From Alphaproteobacteria bacterium (GTDB lineage: Bacteria; Pseudomonadota; Alphaproteobacteria; M2410): a stretch of 58,046 nucleotides of DNA. Position numbers and translations under genes: made by a program. Where the stretch lies: contig SBHG01000117.1 in the NCBI GenBank assembly GCA_006226305.1, positions 1 to 58,046 on the forward strand, read 5' to 3'. Of this stretch, positions 20,160 to 29,383 are shown piece by piece (position 1 is the first letter of the stretch; each line of letters begins with the position of its first letter). The notes beneath the pieces are model-generated. The model had not been told where the DNA came from. It saw only the letters and a program-made list of their open reading frames with translations, and made no database searches.

Positions 20160-20964
20160 GTCAATTTTAACAACATCGGCAGCGCTTTCTGTCATCCTCT
20201 TCAGCATCTCTGCAAAAGCTGGATCTGAAAGCGAATTTGACACTTCGCAAATCTCAGGCTTTGAGATTGCCGCAAAATCCGATCGAAGTGATCGGGGTTT
20301 CGGAAGCAGTGAGGTTGAAGTTCGCATGATCCTCAAAAATGCGGCTGGTAAGGAAACCGAGCGTCGACTGTTATTGTCCACTTACGAAGTCCCAAGCGAA
20401 GAGATTGGTGACAAGACGCTCGTCAAATTCACAGAGCCGAAGGACATCAGGGACACAGCATTGCTGTCCTTTGCTCATATCCTGGAACCCGACCATCAGT
20501 GGTTGTTTTTGCCCTCTGTCAAGCGGGTGAAACGAATCTCGACTGCCAACAAGTCCGGCCCCTTCGTTGGCAGTGAGTTTTCCTTCGAAGATATGACTGG
20601 ACAGGAGCTTAACAAGTATGACTACAAGCAACTGGAAAGCGCCGCTTGTGGAGAGTTTCAGTGCTTTCGACTCGAGCGGACACCGCGATATGAAGGCTCA
20701 GCATACTCCAGCCAGATTGCCTGGGTCGACAGTGAGCACTATCAGATACGCAAGGTGGAGTATTTCGACCGGAAGGGAGACCCGCTTAAGGTTCTCAGGT
20801 ACGAGGACTTCAAATTGTACCATGGAAAGTTTTGGCGACCTCATTCCATGAAGATGGAAAACCTGCAAACCGGTAAGTCGACCGAGTTAGTTTTCGATCA
20901 ATTCAATTTTGATCGCGGTTTGGATGAGAAAGACTTTACCAAAAGCAGTTTGGCGCAGTCATGA
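20137..20964 (+). CDS. LolA-like outer-membrane lipoprotein-sorting family protein (secreted)
   Basis: The ATG at 20137 is preceded by GGAGAA. It has a signal peptide (SAALSVILFSISAKAGS). The segment LLSFAHILEPDHQWLFLPSVKRVKRISTANKSGPFVGSEFSFEDM matches my memory of LolA_like proteins encoded beside MMPL exporters. It overlaps the MMPL 3' end by 23 nt. Confidence 0.7.
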   Translation: MRNHKWHKSILTTSAALSVILFSISAKAGSESEFDTSQISGFEIAAKSDRSDRGFGSSEVEVRMILKNAAGKETERRLLLSTYEVPSEEIGDKTLVKFTEPKDIRDTALLSFAHILEPDHQWLFLPSVKRVKRISTANKSGPFVGSEFSFEDMTGQELNKYDYKQLESAACGEFQCFRLERTPRYEGSAYSSQIAWVDSEHYQIRKVEYFDRKGDPLKVLRYEDFKLYHGKFWRPHSMKMENLQTGKSTELVFDQFNFDRGLDEKDFTKSSLAQS

Positions 20965-22217
20965 TCACGCCAGAGGGCCGACAGCAGGCTGAAATAGGCA
21001 AGGAGCGGTGGTGGAGGTTTGCAATTCCTTTCGCCGCCGCCTCCACTCTTCTCATGCTCATGACAGAACCGGTTATTAGCAACGAGTTGGAGCTTGGAGG
21101 GTCGATCAGTTTGGAATATCGGCACTTTCCGCATCGTGCGCAATGGCAAGGCCAGGACAACAAAACCTTTACGACCTTGATCTTCGAGCCCGAAATGAAT
21201 TGGGAGAGGTCTGATTGGCGTTTTTTCGCGATGCCGTCAGTTCGATCGAAGCTCAAACCTGAATCAACATCTGAGGTGGAGATTTCAGAGCTCTATTTCA
21301 AATGGTCGGGCGACCAGACATATGTTCAGGCAGGGATTATTAAGATTTTTTGGGGTGTGGCAGAAAGCCGGCATCTTGTCGATGTGATCAATCAATGGGA
21401 CATGAGCGCGGACATCGATGGCGAAGATAAGATAGGTCAAGCTGCCCTCGTGATTTCACGGGCGACAAACATTGGTAATTTTGACTTTCTCTATCTACCT
21501 GTCTTCAGAGATCGGAAATTTCCGACTCAACAAGAAAGATTGCGTCCATCTATTAGCATTCGTCCCTCAATAGCTGTCTACGACGGACAGTATGAAAACG
21601 ATTGGAGAAACGACTTTGCTATTCGATATGCCGGCTACTTTGGCAGTTGGGATGTTGGGCTTCACTATTTCAACGGTTTGGGCCGTGATCCCAGACTGAT
21701 CCCGATTGAAGAAGGGGTGGCTCTTGCCCCAACCTACGTGAAGTTGAGGCAAATGGGCATAGACCTTCAATATACCGGTGACAAAACGTTGTTAAAACTT
21801 GAGGGCGTTTGGCGAAACGAAAACGGTCAGGAAAATGTCGCTCTTGTTACAGGTCTTGAGCATACATTGTTTGGTATTGGTGGCGGGTCCACTGATATCG
21901 GGCTTGTTATCGAGTATCTCTATGATGGTCGGCGTGAAGATGGCATTGATGTTCCAATCGAGCCCCTGGACAATGATCTGTTTTTCGGAACACGTTTTGC
22001 GGTAAACGATGTCCAGGACACCGCACTGCTTGTTGGGTTTATGAAGGACCTGTCAAACAGCTCCTTGATCGGTGCATTCGAGTTTGAACGCCGCATTGGG
22101 TCGCGTTGGAAACTGGAGATCGAAGGACGTTGGTTTGACGACGTCTCTGACGCTGATCCTCTCACGGTTTACCAAGATGATAGTAATATCACGACGAGAT
22201 TGGCGTGGTATTTTTGA
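20961..22217 (+). CDS. Putative outer-membrane beta-barrel protein
   Basis: 418-aa ORF with an ATGA overlap with the previous gene. It has a hydrophobic N-terminal segment, alternating amphipathic strands rich in Y/G/D, and ends in RLAWYF (a terminal Phe typical of OMPs). Confidence 0.55.
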   Translation: MITPEGRQQAEIGKERWWRFAIPFAAASTLLMLMTEPVISNELELGGSISLEYRHFPHRAQWQGQDNKTFTTLIFEPEMNWERSDWRFFAMPSVRSKLKPESTSEVEISELYFKWSGDQTYVQAGIIKIFWGVAESRHLVDVINQWDMSADIDGEDKIGQAALVISRATNIGNFDFLYLPVFRDRKFPTQQERLRPSISIRPSIAVYDGQYENDWRNDFAIRYAGYFGSWDVGLHYFNGLGRDPRLIPIEEGVALAPTYVKLRQMGIDLQYTGDKTLLKLEGVWRNENGQENVALVTGLEHTLFGIGGGSTDIGLVIEYLYDGRREDGIDVPIEPLDNDLFFGTRFAVNDVQDTALLVGFMKDLSNSSLIGAFEFERRIGSRWKLEIEGRWFDDVSDADPLTVYQDDSNITTRLAWYF

Positions 22218-22238
22218 TGAGTGGATCGCTTTAGCTGC

Positions 22239-22964
22239 TCAAGCAGGTAGCTCGAAGGGGTTTTCTTCTTGAGTAACCAATGCCAGAAGTAACCATCTAT
22301 CTATGGTGTTCATGAGATCAGGAGTACCGCTCAGGTAGATAATGTCGTCTTCAATAGCTGATTTCAGATCGCGTCGACCAATCCATACCTCAGCGAAGGG
22401 CTGAACTTCAGACGACACATAAAGGTCGACATCAAACCCGGGGTCCTTCTGACACAGGTCTACGCCGGATTCGTCAACCACCACCCACCAGGCTCGCATT
22501 TCGGCCGGGGCATCTTCAAACTCAAAATTCAAAACGGTTCTCGGCTTGGTAAAATAGGCGGAATCAATGCGCCGCCGCAGGTCCCACATCAGAACCCCGG
22601 CATCCCATTCGTGTTTTTCAAGCGCGTCCTTGACCCACTCTTTACCCCATTGCCCAAGTGAATAGATGATGGGGCCCAGGCTCATGCCGGCTTCGGTCAG
22701 GTGGTATGCAGAACCTTGTGCCTCATTTGCCGACTCTTTTGCGACAACGTTCCAGTCTTCAAGTTGTTTCAGCCGTTTTGAAAGCAGCGCGCGCGACATG
22801 AGTGGCACGCCGCGGTGAATCTCATTGAAATGATGGCTGCCGGAAATGATTTCTCGCAGGATAAGCAAGGTCCAGCGGGTTGAGACAATCTCGGCAGCTT
22901 TCGCCACCGGACAGAATTGTCCGTACTTAATATCGTCCGACATCGGATGTTCGGTTTCCGTCAT
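22239..22964 (-). CDS. HxlR-type wHTH regulator with a ~130-aa C-terminal extension of unknown function
   Basis: The N-terminus reads CPVAKAAEIVSTRWTLLILREIISGSHHFNEIHRGVPLMSRALLSKRLKQLEDWNVV. It is convergent with the barrel gene. Confidence 0.75.
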   Translation of the reverse strand: MTETEHPMSDDIKYGQFCPVAKAAEIVSTRWTLLILREIISGSHHFNEIHRGVPLMSRALLSKRLKQLEDWNVVAKESANEAQGSAYHLTEAGMSLGPIIYSLGQWGKEWVKDALEKHEWDAGVLMWDLRRRIDSAYFTKPRTVLNFEFEDAPAEMRAWWVVVDESGVDLCQKDPGFDVDLYVSSEVQPFAEVWIGRRDLKSAIEDDIIYLSGTPDLMNTIDRWLLLALVTQEENPFELPA

Positions 22965-23147
22965 AATGATTGAAAATAGGCGCTAATCAGGTCGCTGTGA
23001 AGGGCTAGAAGACCGAAATGTGATCTGTGTTGGTTGTGCGAAACGCGCTCGTTCGAAGAGGTGCGGGTACAATATGTGAACTAGTCCGAGAGGCGATCAT
23101 CTGTTCAAAAGGAGCAAGGTCATGGACGAGCGAGAGAGAAGAAGCAA

Positions 23148-23885
23148 ATGGAGAGCCCGGTGAGTCAGAATTTGAGTGTGGAAGGCGATGTGACGGCGAG
23201 TGAGCTAATAGCCCCTCCATGGCTGACGATCGGCCTTCCGGAGCTTGGTGGCAAGAGAAGCTTTTGGCGGAGGACAATTGGTATTTCTGTTCTTGGATCC
23301 CTGCCACTGCTCGCCTTGTCAGAAAAAATCGCAACGGCCGCTTTGAGGACCTGCGAGATGATAGGTCCACTTATATCTGATCTGTTGCCGAAATTTCTGA
23401 TTGACGCCGTGGGGAGGATAAACACTGTGATGGATCAAATCCTGTTTAACAAATTTGGCGCAGGTGAGGCCGAGCAGGTTGTTTTCTGGCTTTATGTCGC
23501 CTTTGGCCTTGTGCCGGTTTTGTTTTCCTTAGCGACGCTCTTTTGCCAATCTCAGAGCATCGGTGAACGATTTAACCGCAATGTTGGCCGGGATGCGCAA
23601 GAAGCTCAATGGGATGTACAAAAGGCAACCCAACTCAAAAATGCGCGCCTTGGCTGGCGCATCTGGCAATTCATCGTTGTTCTAATTATGTGCCAGCATA
23701 TTGCACTTTACATAGTGCTGCAGTGGCCGGTCGCCACGACAGGGGCGTTGCTTGTCGGGCTTGGCGCATCGGGATTGCTGGCAGCTTCGCGGTCGCTGGA
23801 CGTCGCGCCGCTGGTTGACAAGTTTTTGGACCAGATCTTTGAAGAGCGCGACCGAAGCTTGCCGAACGGTCATCGGCCAATCTGA
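23148..23885 (+). CDS. Hypothetical membrane protein
   Basis: 245-aa ORF with about 4 hydrophobic segments. I recognise no family. It is the last ORF before the tRNA-fragment repeat. Confidence 0.4.
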   Translation: MESPVSQNLSVEGDVTASELIAPPWLTIGLPELGGKRSFWRRTIGISVLGSLPLLALSEKIATAALRTCEMIGPLISDLLPKFLIDAVGRINTVMDQILFNKFGAGEAEQVVFWLYVAFGLVPVLFSLATLFCQSQSIGERFNRNVGRDAQEAQWDVQKATQLKNARLGWRIWQFIVVLIMCQHIALYIVLQWPVATTGALLVGLGASGLLAASRSLDVAPLVDKFLDQIFEERDRSLPNGHRPI

Positions 23886-24174
23886 AAGACGCGTGGCGGA
23901 TCTCTATTGGGTTCTGGGAGCAATAGTCCTGTATGTTGCGGAGGAGGGCACTAGGTTCGGCACGCCCCCGACAAAAATCTCTTCTTTGCAGTCGAAATTG
24001 TCTTTCGCTCCGCGATTATAACAGTTTTATAACAGCGTGAATCCAAATCGGTCCTTACAGGCCCAAATGAAATCGGTGATCGGGCGGTAGAAAACCCATA
24101 TAAAGCAACGGCATGTTTGAATTTGTCCGGCACTATCCAAACCTCTCCAACCCCATACGGAGCCCGTGCCCTTA

Positions 24175-24220
24175 ACTACGAATCAAGGGGTCGGGAGTTC
24201 GAATCTTCCCCGGTGCGCCA
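24175..24220 (+). repeat. Direct repeat: perfect 46-nt copy of the tRNA-Arg 3' part (att-like site)
   Basis: ACTACGAATCAAGGGGTCGGGAGTTCGAATCTTCCCCGGTGCGCCA is identical to 15947-15992. It extends to 50 nt with one mismatch. There is no matching tRNA 5' half upstream. Confidence 0.95.
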
Positions 24221-24691
24221 GCTTTTCTTTTCGATGATTTTTTGACAGCCCTCAGCGTGAACCGCATTGAGTAGGGGCTGGACTAGGTTGTCTTGGCTGA
24301 GCCGATGGAAACCTGAGCTCAATCGGAGTGCGAACAACCATTGATGCGGCAAGCACGGCTTGCAGACACTGAAGTGATTTATGGAGCGCGTGGTTCGACC
24401 AGTAAAATCATACGACTTGCAAAGTAAATGATTCGAATAACTAAAAGAAATATGTGGCAGAATTGCCAAAAACTGCGCAAAAATAGACAAAATGCAGCGC
24501 TTTTCTTTAGTTTTGCAGGGGTAACCTTTCCATTTTCGAAATAATGTTCTATCACCTGTGACTGGCATGAGGGTCCGGTGAGCGTGGCCTTCCGGGGGTA
24601 TCCGCGACTTGATTTGGTTTCGTGGCAGCGCTGAATGGGAATTTGGCAAGACCCTCGTTTGACAAGACTAAAGCCAAACGGAGAGTTTCTA

Positions 24692-27301
24692 ATGTCCAAA
24701 TTTATGACGGGCGTTTCGTCCATTGCGATGCTAAGCGCGATGGCCGTGCCTGCTTCTGCCGCAATTGATGAAATTGTGGTCACATCCACCAAACGCGCTG
24801 CGAGCGCGCAAAGCATCCCAATCGCGGTTTCGGCTTTCGATGAGCAAGCCCTCGAAGAGCTGGATGTGGATGTTTTTACGGACTACTTAATGCAGATGCC
24901 GGGCGTCACGGCCGGCGGTTCGGGTCCTGGGCAAAACACGATCTATGTACGTGGTCTCGCCTCGACAACACCCAACTTGACGACGGCCGGTGTCGCCGGT
25001 CTCGCGCCAAATGTGGCGCTCTATCTTGACGAGCAGCCCATATCGCAGCCGGGCCGTAATTTGGATGTTTACGCCGCGGATCTGGAGCGGATTGAGGTGT
25101 TGGCAGGTCCCCAGGGCACACTTTATGGCGCGAGCTCCCAGGCAGGCACGATCCGCCTCATTACCAACAAACCAGTCATCGGTGAATTTGCAGCCAAGGC
25201 GAGCTTTGGTTCTGCTTTCACCAAAGATGGTGAGATGAGCAACAAAGTCGAAGGCATGATCAATATTCCTGTCTCTGATCGATTTGCTATGCGCGCGGTT
25301 GTTTATGTCGATAACCAGGGCGGCTACATTGACAACGTGCACGGGACCCTTGATGCGTCCCAATCAGCCCGGTTCCGTCCGGAAGGGACAGTACGTGCCA
25401 ACGGTGTCCCGGTTTCAGCGCAGCGCGCAGGTTTTCAGTCAACGGCCAATCTTGCAGGCGTGACGTTCCTGGAGGCCGACAATTCTGCGCTTGTTGAAGA
25501 AGATTTCAACGATACGACCTATTCAGGTTTCCGCCTCTCCGGTCTCTTTGACGTCTATGAAGATTGGTCCGTGTTGGTGGCGCATAGCGAACAGGACATC
25601 GACGCCGATGGGGTCTTTTTTGAAGACCCCGAACTCGGCGATCTTGAGGTTCAGCGCTATGAAAATGATTCCATGGAGGACGGATACAGCAACACGGCCT
25701 GGACGGTGGATGGGCGAATAGGGCAGCTTGAGGTTCTCTACACCGGGGCCTATACGGATCGTGAGACGGATCAAAACGTTGACTACACGGACTACTTGTT
25801 CGTCGGACAATATCTGCCCTATTATATTTGTGACGGGACAGTAACTTATCCCGCGGGTGATCCGACGGGTACGTGCCAGGCGCCAAATCTTTATGTGAAA
25901 TCCCACACGGAAAGCGAATTTCTCACCCACGAATTCCGTATCAATACGCCGCAAGAAAACCGCGTGAAGGCCACTGTAGGTGTTTTCTATTCGGACTCGG
26001 AAGTGCGCGAACGCAATGATTATGCCTACCCGGGGTCGATCTTCGTTGATCTGTGGGGCCAGATCGGTTTTTCCGACAACTACCCCTTCATGACCGGCTA
26101 TACATCTGATGATGGGCCCTTCCCACCAGGTGTTATCTTCCGAAACGATGTAAAACGCACCGACGAACAGATCGGATACTTCGGAGAAGTGACATTCGAC
26201 GTTGTGCCGAACGTCTTCTCGATTACGCTGGGAGCCCGCAACTACGATATTGAAGTCGATTTTGAAGGAAGCGCTAACTCGTCCTTCTGCAATGGCTTCC
26301 AGCCTGATGCGAACGCTTATGGCACCGACATCAGTGACCTTTACAATGGGGACGGCGAATATACCTTCCATGGGTCGTGCGACACCGGTCGTCATATCAC
26401 TTACACAGAGGGCATGAGCGAAGCCGACATCCTGTTAGCGGATCCGCTTCTCAGCGCGAGTCAGGTCACCCAGATTTACAATGCGTTGAGCGCGCCGGAC
26501 AAGGCCAAGGCCGATGGAACGATCTATAAGGCAACCGCCACATGGACGCCATCAGAGGACCTGCTCTTTTACGCTACCTATTCGGAGGGCTTCCGCCCCG
26601 GGTTGTTGAACCGACCAGGGGGTGCCGCCGGGCCTGGCGGATACACGGTTCCCTTCGTTCTCGATACCGATGATATCAAAAACTACGAATTGGGGTGGAA
26701 AACGGATCTCTTCGATCAAACCCTGCGTTTCAACGGAAACGTTTTCTTTGTTGAGATCGAACGGTTGCAGACCACGATTTTCGATCCTTCAATTGTCAAC
26801 CTTTTCTTCTCGGACAATGCCGCCGATGCCGAAATTCGGGGCATGGAAGGGGAAGTAACCTGGGCGCCGAGTTCTGTTCCAGGACTTACAGTGGCTGGCG
26901 CATTTTCGGTCCTCGACACCGAAATCACCAAAGTTCTGACGCCTACAGGTGACGTGATTAAGGGTGAACCGCTTGCCTTCGCACCGGAATTCCAAGGCAA
27001 TATTCGCCTGCGATACGAATGGATGCTGGAAAATGGTTATGGCGCTTATGTCATGCCTCAGATTGTTTATTCGGACTCTTCTTACAGTGACATCATTGAG
27101 ATCAACAAGGCGGAGATCGATAGCTGGACAACTGTTGGCGTCCGTGCGGGTGTCGTTGCTGACAATTGGTCGGCTGAGCTTTATGTGGACAATCTCACTG
27201 ATGAGCGCGCAGAGATTAACAACAATTTTGTGTTCGATCGCGAACGCGTTACGGTCATTCGTCCGCTAACGGTAGGTATGCGTTTCTCGGTTGAATATTA
27301 G
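24692..27301 (+). CDS. TonB-dependent receptor
   Basis: The ATG at 24692 is preceded by GGAGA. It has a signal peptide (SAMAVPASA) and a plug domain (EIVVTSTKRAASAQSIPIAVSAF...IEVLAGPQGTLYGASSQAGTIRL). A long beta-barrel follows, ending in MRFSVEY. Confidence 0.92.
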   Translation: MSKFMTGVSSIAMLSAMAVPASAAIDEIVVTSTKRAASAQSIPIAVSAFDEQALEELDVDVFTDYLMQMPGVTAGGSGPGQNTIYVRGLASTTPNLTTAGVAGLAPNVALYLDEQPISQPGRNLDVYAADLERIEVLAGPQGTLYGASSQAGTIRLITNKPVIGEFAAKASFGSAFTKDGEMSNKVEGMINIPVSDRFAMRAVVYVDNQGGYIDNVHGTLDASQSARFRPEGTVRANGVPVSAQRAGFQSTANLAGVTFLEADNSALVEEDFNDTTYSGFRLSGLFDVYEDWSVLVAHSEQDIDADGVFFEDPELGDLEVQRYENDSMEDGYSNTAWTVDGRIGQLEVLYTGAYTDRETDQNVDYTDYLFVGQYLPYYICDGTVTYPAGDPTGTCQAPNLYVKSHTESEFLTHEFRINTPQENRVKATVGVFYSDSEVRERNDYAYPGSIFVDLWGQIGFSDNYPFMTGYTSDDGPFPPGVIFRNDVKRTDEQIGYFGEVTFDVVPNVFSITLGARNYDIEVDFEGSANSSFCNGFQPDANAYGTDISDLYNGDGEYTFHGSCDTGRHITYTEGMSEADILLADPLLSASQVTQIYNALSAPDKAKADGTIYKATATWTPSEDLLFYATYSEGFRPGLLNRPGGAAGPGGYTVPFVLDTDDIKNYELGWKTDLFDQTLRFNGNVFFVEIERLQTTIFDPSIVNLFFSDNAADAEIRGMEGEVTWAPSSVPGLTVAGAFSVLDTEITKVLTPTGDVIKGEPLAFAPEFQGNIRLRYEWMLENGYGAYVMPQIVYSDSSYSDIIEINKAEIDSWTTVGVRAGVVADNWSAELYVDNLTDERAEINNNFVFDRERVTVIRPLTVGMRFSVEY

Positions 27302-27379
27302 GGGTACCTTGAAAAAGCAAACCAACATTAGCCCACCACAGACAGAAGCGCCCCTCGTTGGGCGCTTCTGCGTGAGGGT

Positions 27380-29383
27380 ATGTTCGTGAGCGATCAAAAA
27401 GCACTGAAGCCGGAAGATCTCGCAGGCATTCGTCTTGAGATGAAGAAGCGGAATTTTAGTCAAGCAGAGACGCGGATCAACGCACTGCTGGAAATTGAAC
27501 CTCAAAATCCGGATATCTTGTATATGCAAGCGGTGACATTGCGTTATCTCAAACGCTTTGGTGCCGCATTGCATGTTCTTGATGAGGTACAGTGCATAAC
27601 GCCCTTTAGTGGGCGTATTCATCAGGAAAGAGGGCACCTATACCGGGATCAGGGACGAAGTCGGGAGGCCATCGACGCCTATCGGTCGGCGGTCCAAATC
27701 AATCCCGCTCTTAAGGCAAGTTGGCGGGGGCTCGCCAAGCTTTCCGACCAGGTGTTCGATAAAGAAACCGCGGCCATGGCCAATGCCCAAGCTGAACGCT
27801 TAGAGAGCTTGCCTCAAGAGCTCTTCGCGGTCGAAAATCTCATATACGAAAATCAGGTTTTAAAGGCTGAGCAGATCTGCCGCACCTATTTGCAGCGCAA
27901 CCCGAAGGACACAGAAGGCATGCGCTTGCTGGCCGACATTGGAGTTCGGCTCGGCGTTCTGGATGATGCGGAATTTCTTCTAGAGAGCGCAGTGGGGCTG
28001 TCACCAAAGAACGTTCAGTTGCGCATTGACTATATTCAGGTTCTTCGCCGACGGCAGAACTTCGCAAGGGCCCTCAGCCAAGCGCGTGATCTTTATACGT
28101 CCGACAAAGACAACCCCGTCTTTCAGTCAATTTTTGCCATTGAACTGATGCAGTCGGGCGACTACGAGGCGGCCTTTCCTCTCTTTGACGCCATCCTGGC
28201 AAAACGGCCAAATGATCCGCAAACTCTTGTCTCGCGGGGTCACGCGTTAAAGACGGTGGGCAGACAGGACGAGGCCATTAGATCGTATCAGACGGCCTGT
28301 GAGGTGGCGCCGGAACTTGGTGAGGCCTGGCACGCGCTCGCAAACCTGAAGACCTATGAATTTATGCAGCTTGAGATTGATCGTATGGAGCGATTGAAGG
28401 CATCGGGCACTTTAACTCCAAAGGATGAGATCGCGATCGATTTCGCGCTTGGCAAAGCCTATGAGGATCGAGGTGATTTCGACCGCTCATTCATGTCCTA
28501 CAGCGCGGGCAACGACCTGAAGCGACAACAGTCCAATTATCGCTCAGATAAAATGGCCGAGGAGTTTGCCAGGCAGAAGGTCGCTTGCACGCCAGGGCTT
28601 TTCGAAAAGCAAGCTGGCCATGGATGTCAGGCCAGGGATCCGATTTTTATCGTCGGCCTGCCGCGCGCAGGGTCTACTTTGCTGGAACAAATTCTCGCCT
28701 CCCATAGCCAGGTGGATGGAACCCTGGAGCTGCCGAATATTTTGTCGTTGGCCCATAAATTGAGAGGTCGGGAGCGGGCGTCCGGCAAGCACCTTTATCC
28801 TGAGAGCCTTCACGACCTAAGAGCGGAAGAGCTTCTGGCATTTGGACAAGCCTATATAGAAGAGACTCAGATCCACCGGCAAGGCGCGCCGCGCTTTACC
28901 GATAAGATGCCGAACAATTTCCGCCACATTGGTCTTATTCATCTCATTTTGCCCAACGCCAAGATTATCGATGCCCGCCGTGAACCGATGGCCTGTTGCT
29001 TTAGCGGCTTTAAGCAACTTTTTGCCGAAGGGCAGGAGTTCACATACGGACTGAAGGAAGTCGGCAGCTACTACCGCGAATATATAGAACTTATGCGGCA
29101 TTTCGATGACGTGCTGCCAGGCAAAATATTGCGCGTGATCCACGAAGATGTGGTGGCGGACCTTGAAGGTCAGGTGCGGCGCCTTCTTGAGTTTTGCGAC
29201 CTGCCTTTTGAGCAAACCTGTCTTGATTTCCACAAAACCGATCGCAGCGTGCGTACCGCAAGCTCCGAACAAGTGCGTCAGCCGGTGAGCAGCACCGGCC
29301 TGGAGCAGTGGAAGAATTTTGAAAAATATTTGGACCCCCTGCGCGCCGCGCTGGGACCCGCCCAATCGGAGTATCGGCAATGA
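27380..29383 (+). CDS. TPR-repeat / sulfotransferase fusion protein
   Basis: 667-aa ORF. The N-terminal ~400 aa are TPR repeats. The C-terminal part has a PAPS 5'-phosphosulfate-binding loop (GLPRAGSTLLEQIL) and a sulfotransferase core (RFTDKMPNNF...RREPMACCFS...TASSEQVRQP). Confidence 0.85.
   Translation: MFVSDQKALKPEDLAGIRLEMKKRNFSQAETRINALLEIEPQNPDILYMQAVTLRYLKRFGAALHVLDEVQCITPFSGRIHQERGHLYRDQGRSREAIDAYRSAVQINPALKASWRGLAKLSDQVFDKETAAMANAQAERLESLPQELFAVENLIYENQVLKAEQICRTYLQRNPKDTEGMRLLADIGVRLGVLDDAEFLLESAVGLSPKNVQLRIDYIQVLRRRQNFARALSQARDLYTSDKDNPVFQSIFAIELMQSGDYEAAFPLFDAILAKRPNDPQTLVSRGHALKTVGRQDEAIRSYQTACEVAPELGEAWHALANLKTYEFMQLEIDRMERLKASGTLTPKDEIAIDFALGKAYEDRGDFDRSFMSYSAGNDLKRQQSNYRSDKMAEEFARQKVACTPGLFEKQAGHGCQARDPIFIVGLPRAGSTLLEQILASHSQVDGTLELPNILSLAHKLRGRERASGKHLYPESLHDLRAEELLAFGQAYIEETQIHRQGAPRFTDKMPNNFRHIGLIHLILPNAKIIDARREPMACCFSGFKQLFAEGQEFTYGLKEVGSYYREYIELMRHFDDVLPGKILRVIHEDVVADLEGQVRRLLEFCDLPFEQTCLDFHKTDRSVRTASSEQVRQPVSSTGLEQWKNFEKYLDPLRAALGPAQSEYRQ

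Larger units (their letters stand above)
15993..24220. mobile_element. Putative integrated island A at the tRNA-Arg 3' end (about 8.2 kb, no integrase seen)
   Basis: It is bounded by the intact tRNA on the left and a perfect 46-nt copy of the tRNA 3' part at 24175-24220. The content is accessory and visibly more AT-rich than the flanking core (by eye). Confidence 0.55.

Noticed and set aside
24121-24220. Possible second tRNA-Arg gene (and likewise at 31650-31743)
   Set aside because: Only the 3' 46 nt are present. Upstream sequence cannot form the acceptor 5' strand (GCACCGG), the D-arm or the 5' side of the anticodon stem. These are att-type fragments, not genes.
24176-24649. 157-aa minus-strand ORF downstream of island A
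   Set aside because: It reads straight through the tRNA-fragment repeat and the AT-rich spacer. It has no coding signature or RBS.
24540-24660. Cobalamin riboswitch upstream of the TBDR
   Set aside because: There are only loose similarities to core elements. I found no recognisable B12 box and could not build a consistent pairing scheme by hand. It is kept only as a leader worth scanning with cmsearch.
25523-26395. 290-aa minus-strand ORF inside the TonB-dependent receptor
   Set aside because: It is an antisense shadow ORF. The plus-strand frame carries unmistakable TBDR plug and barrel sequence over the whole interval.
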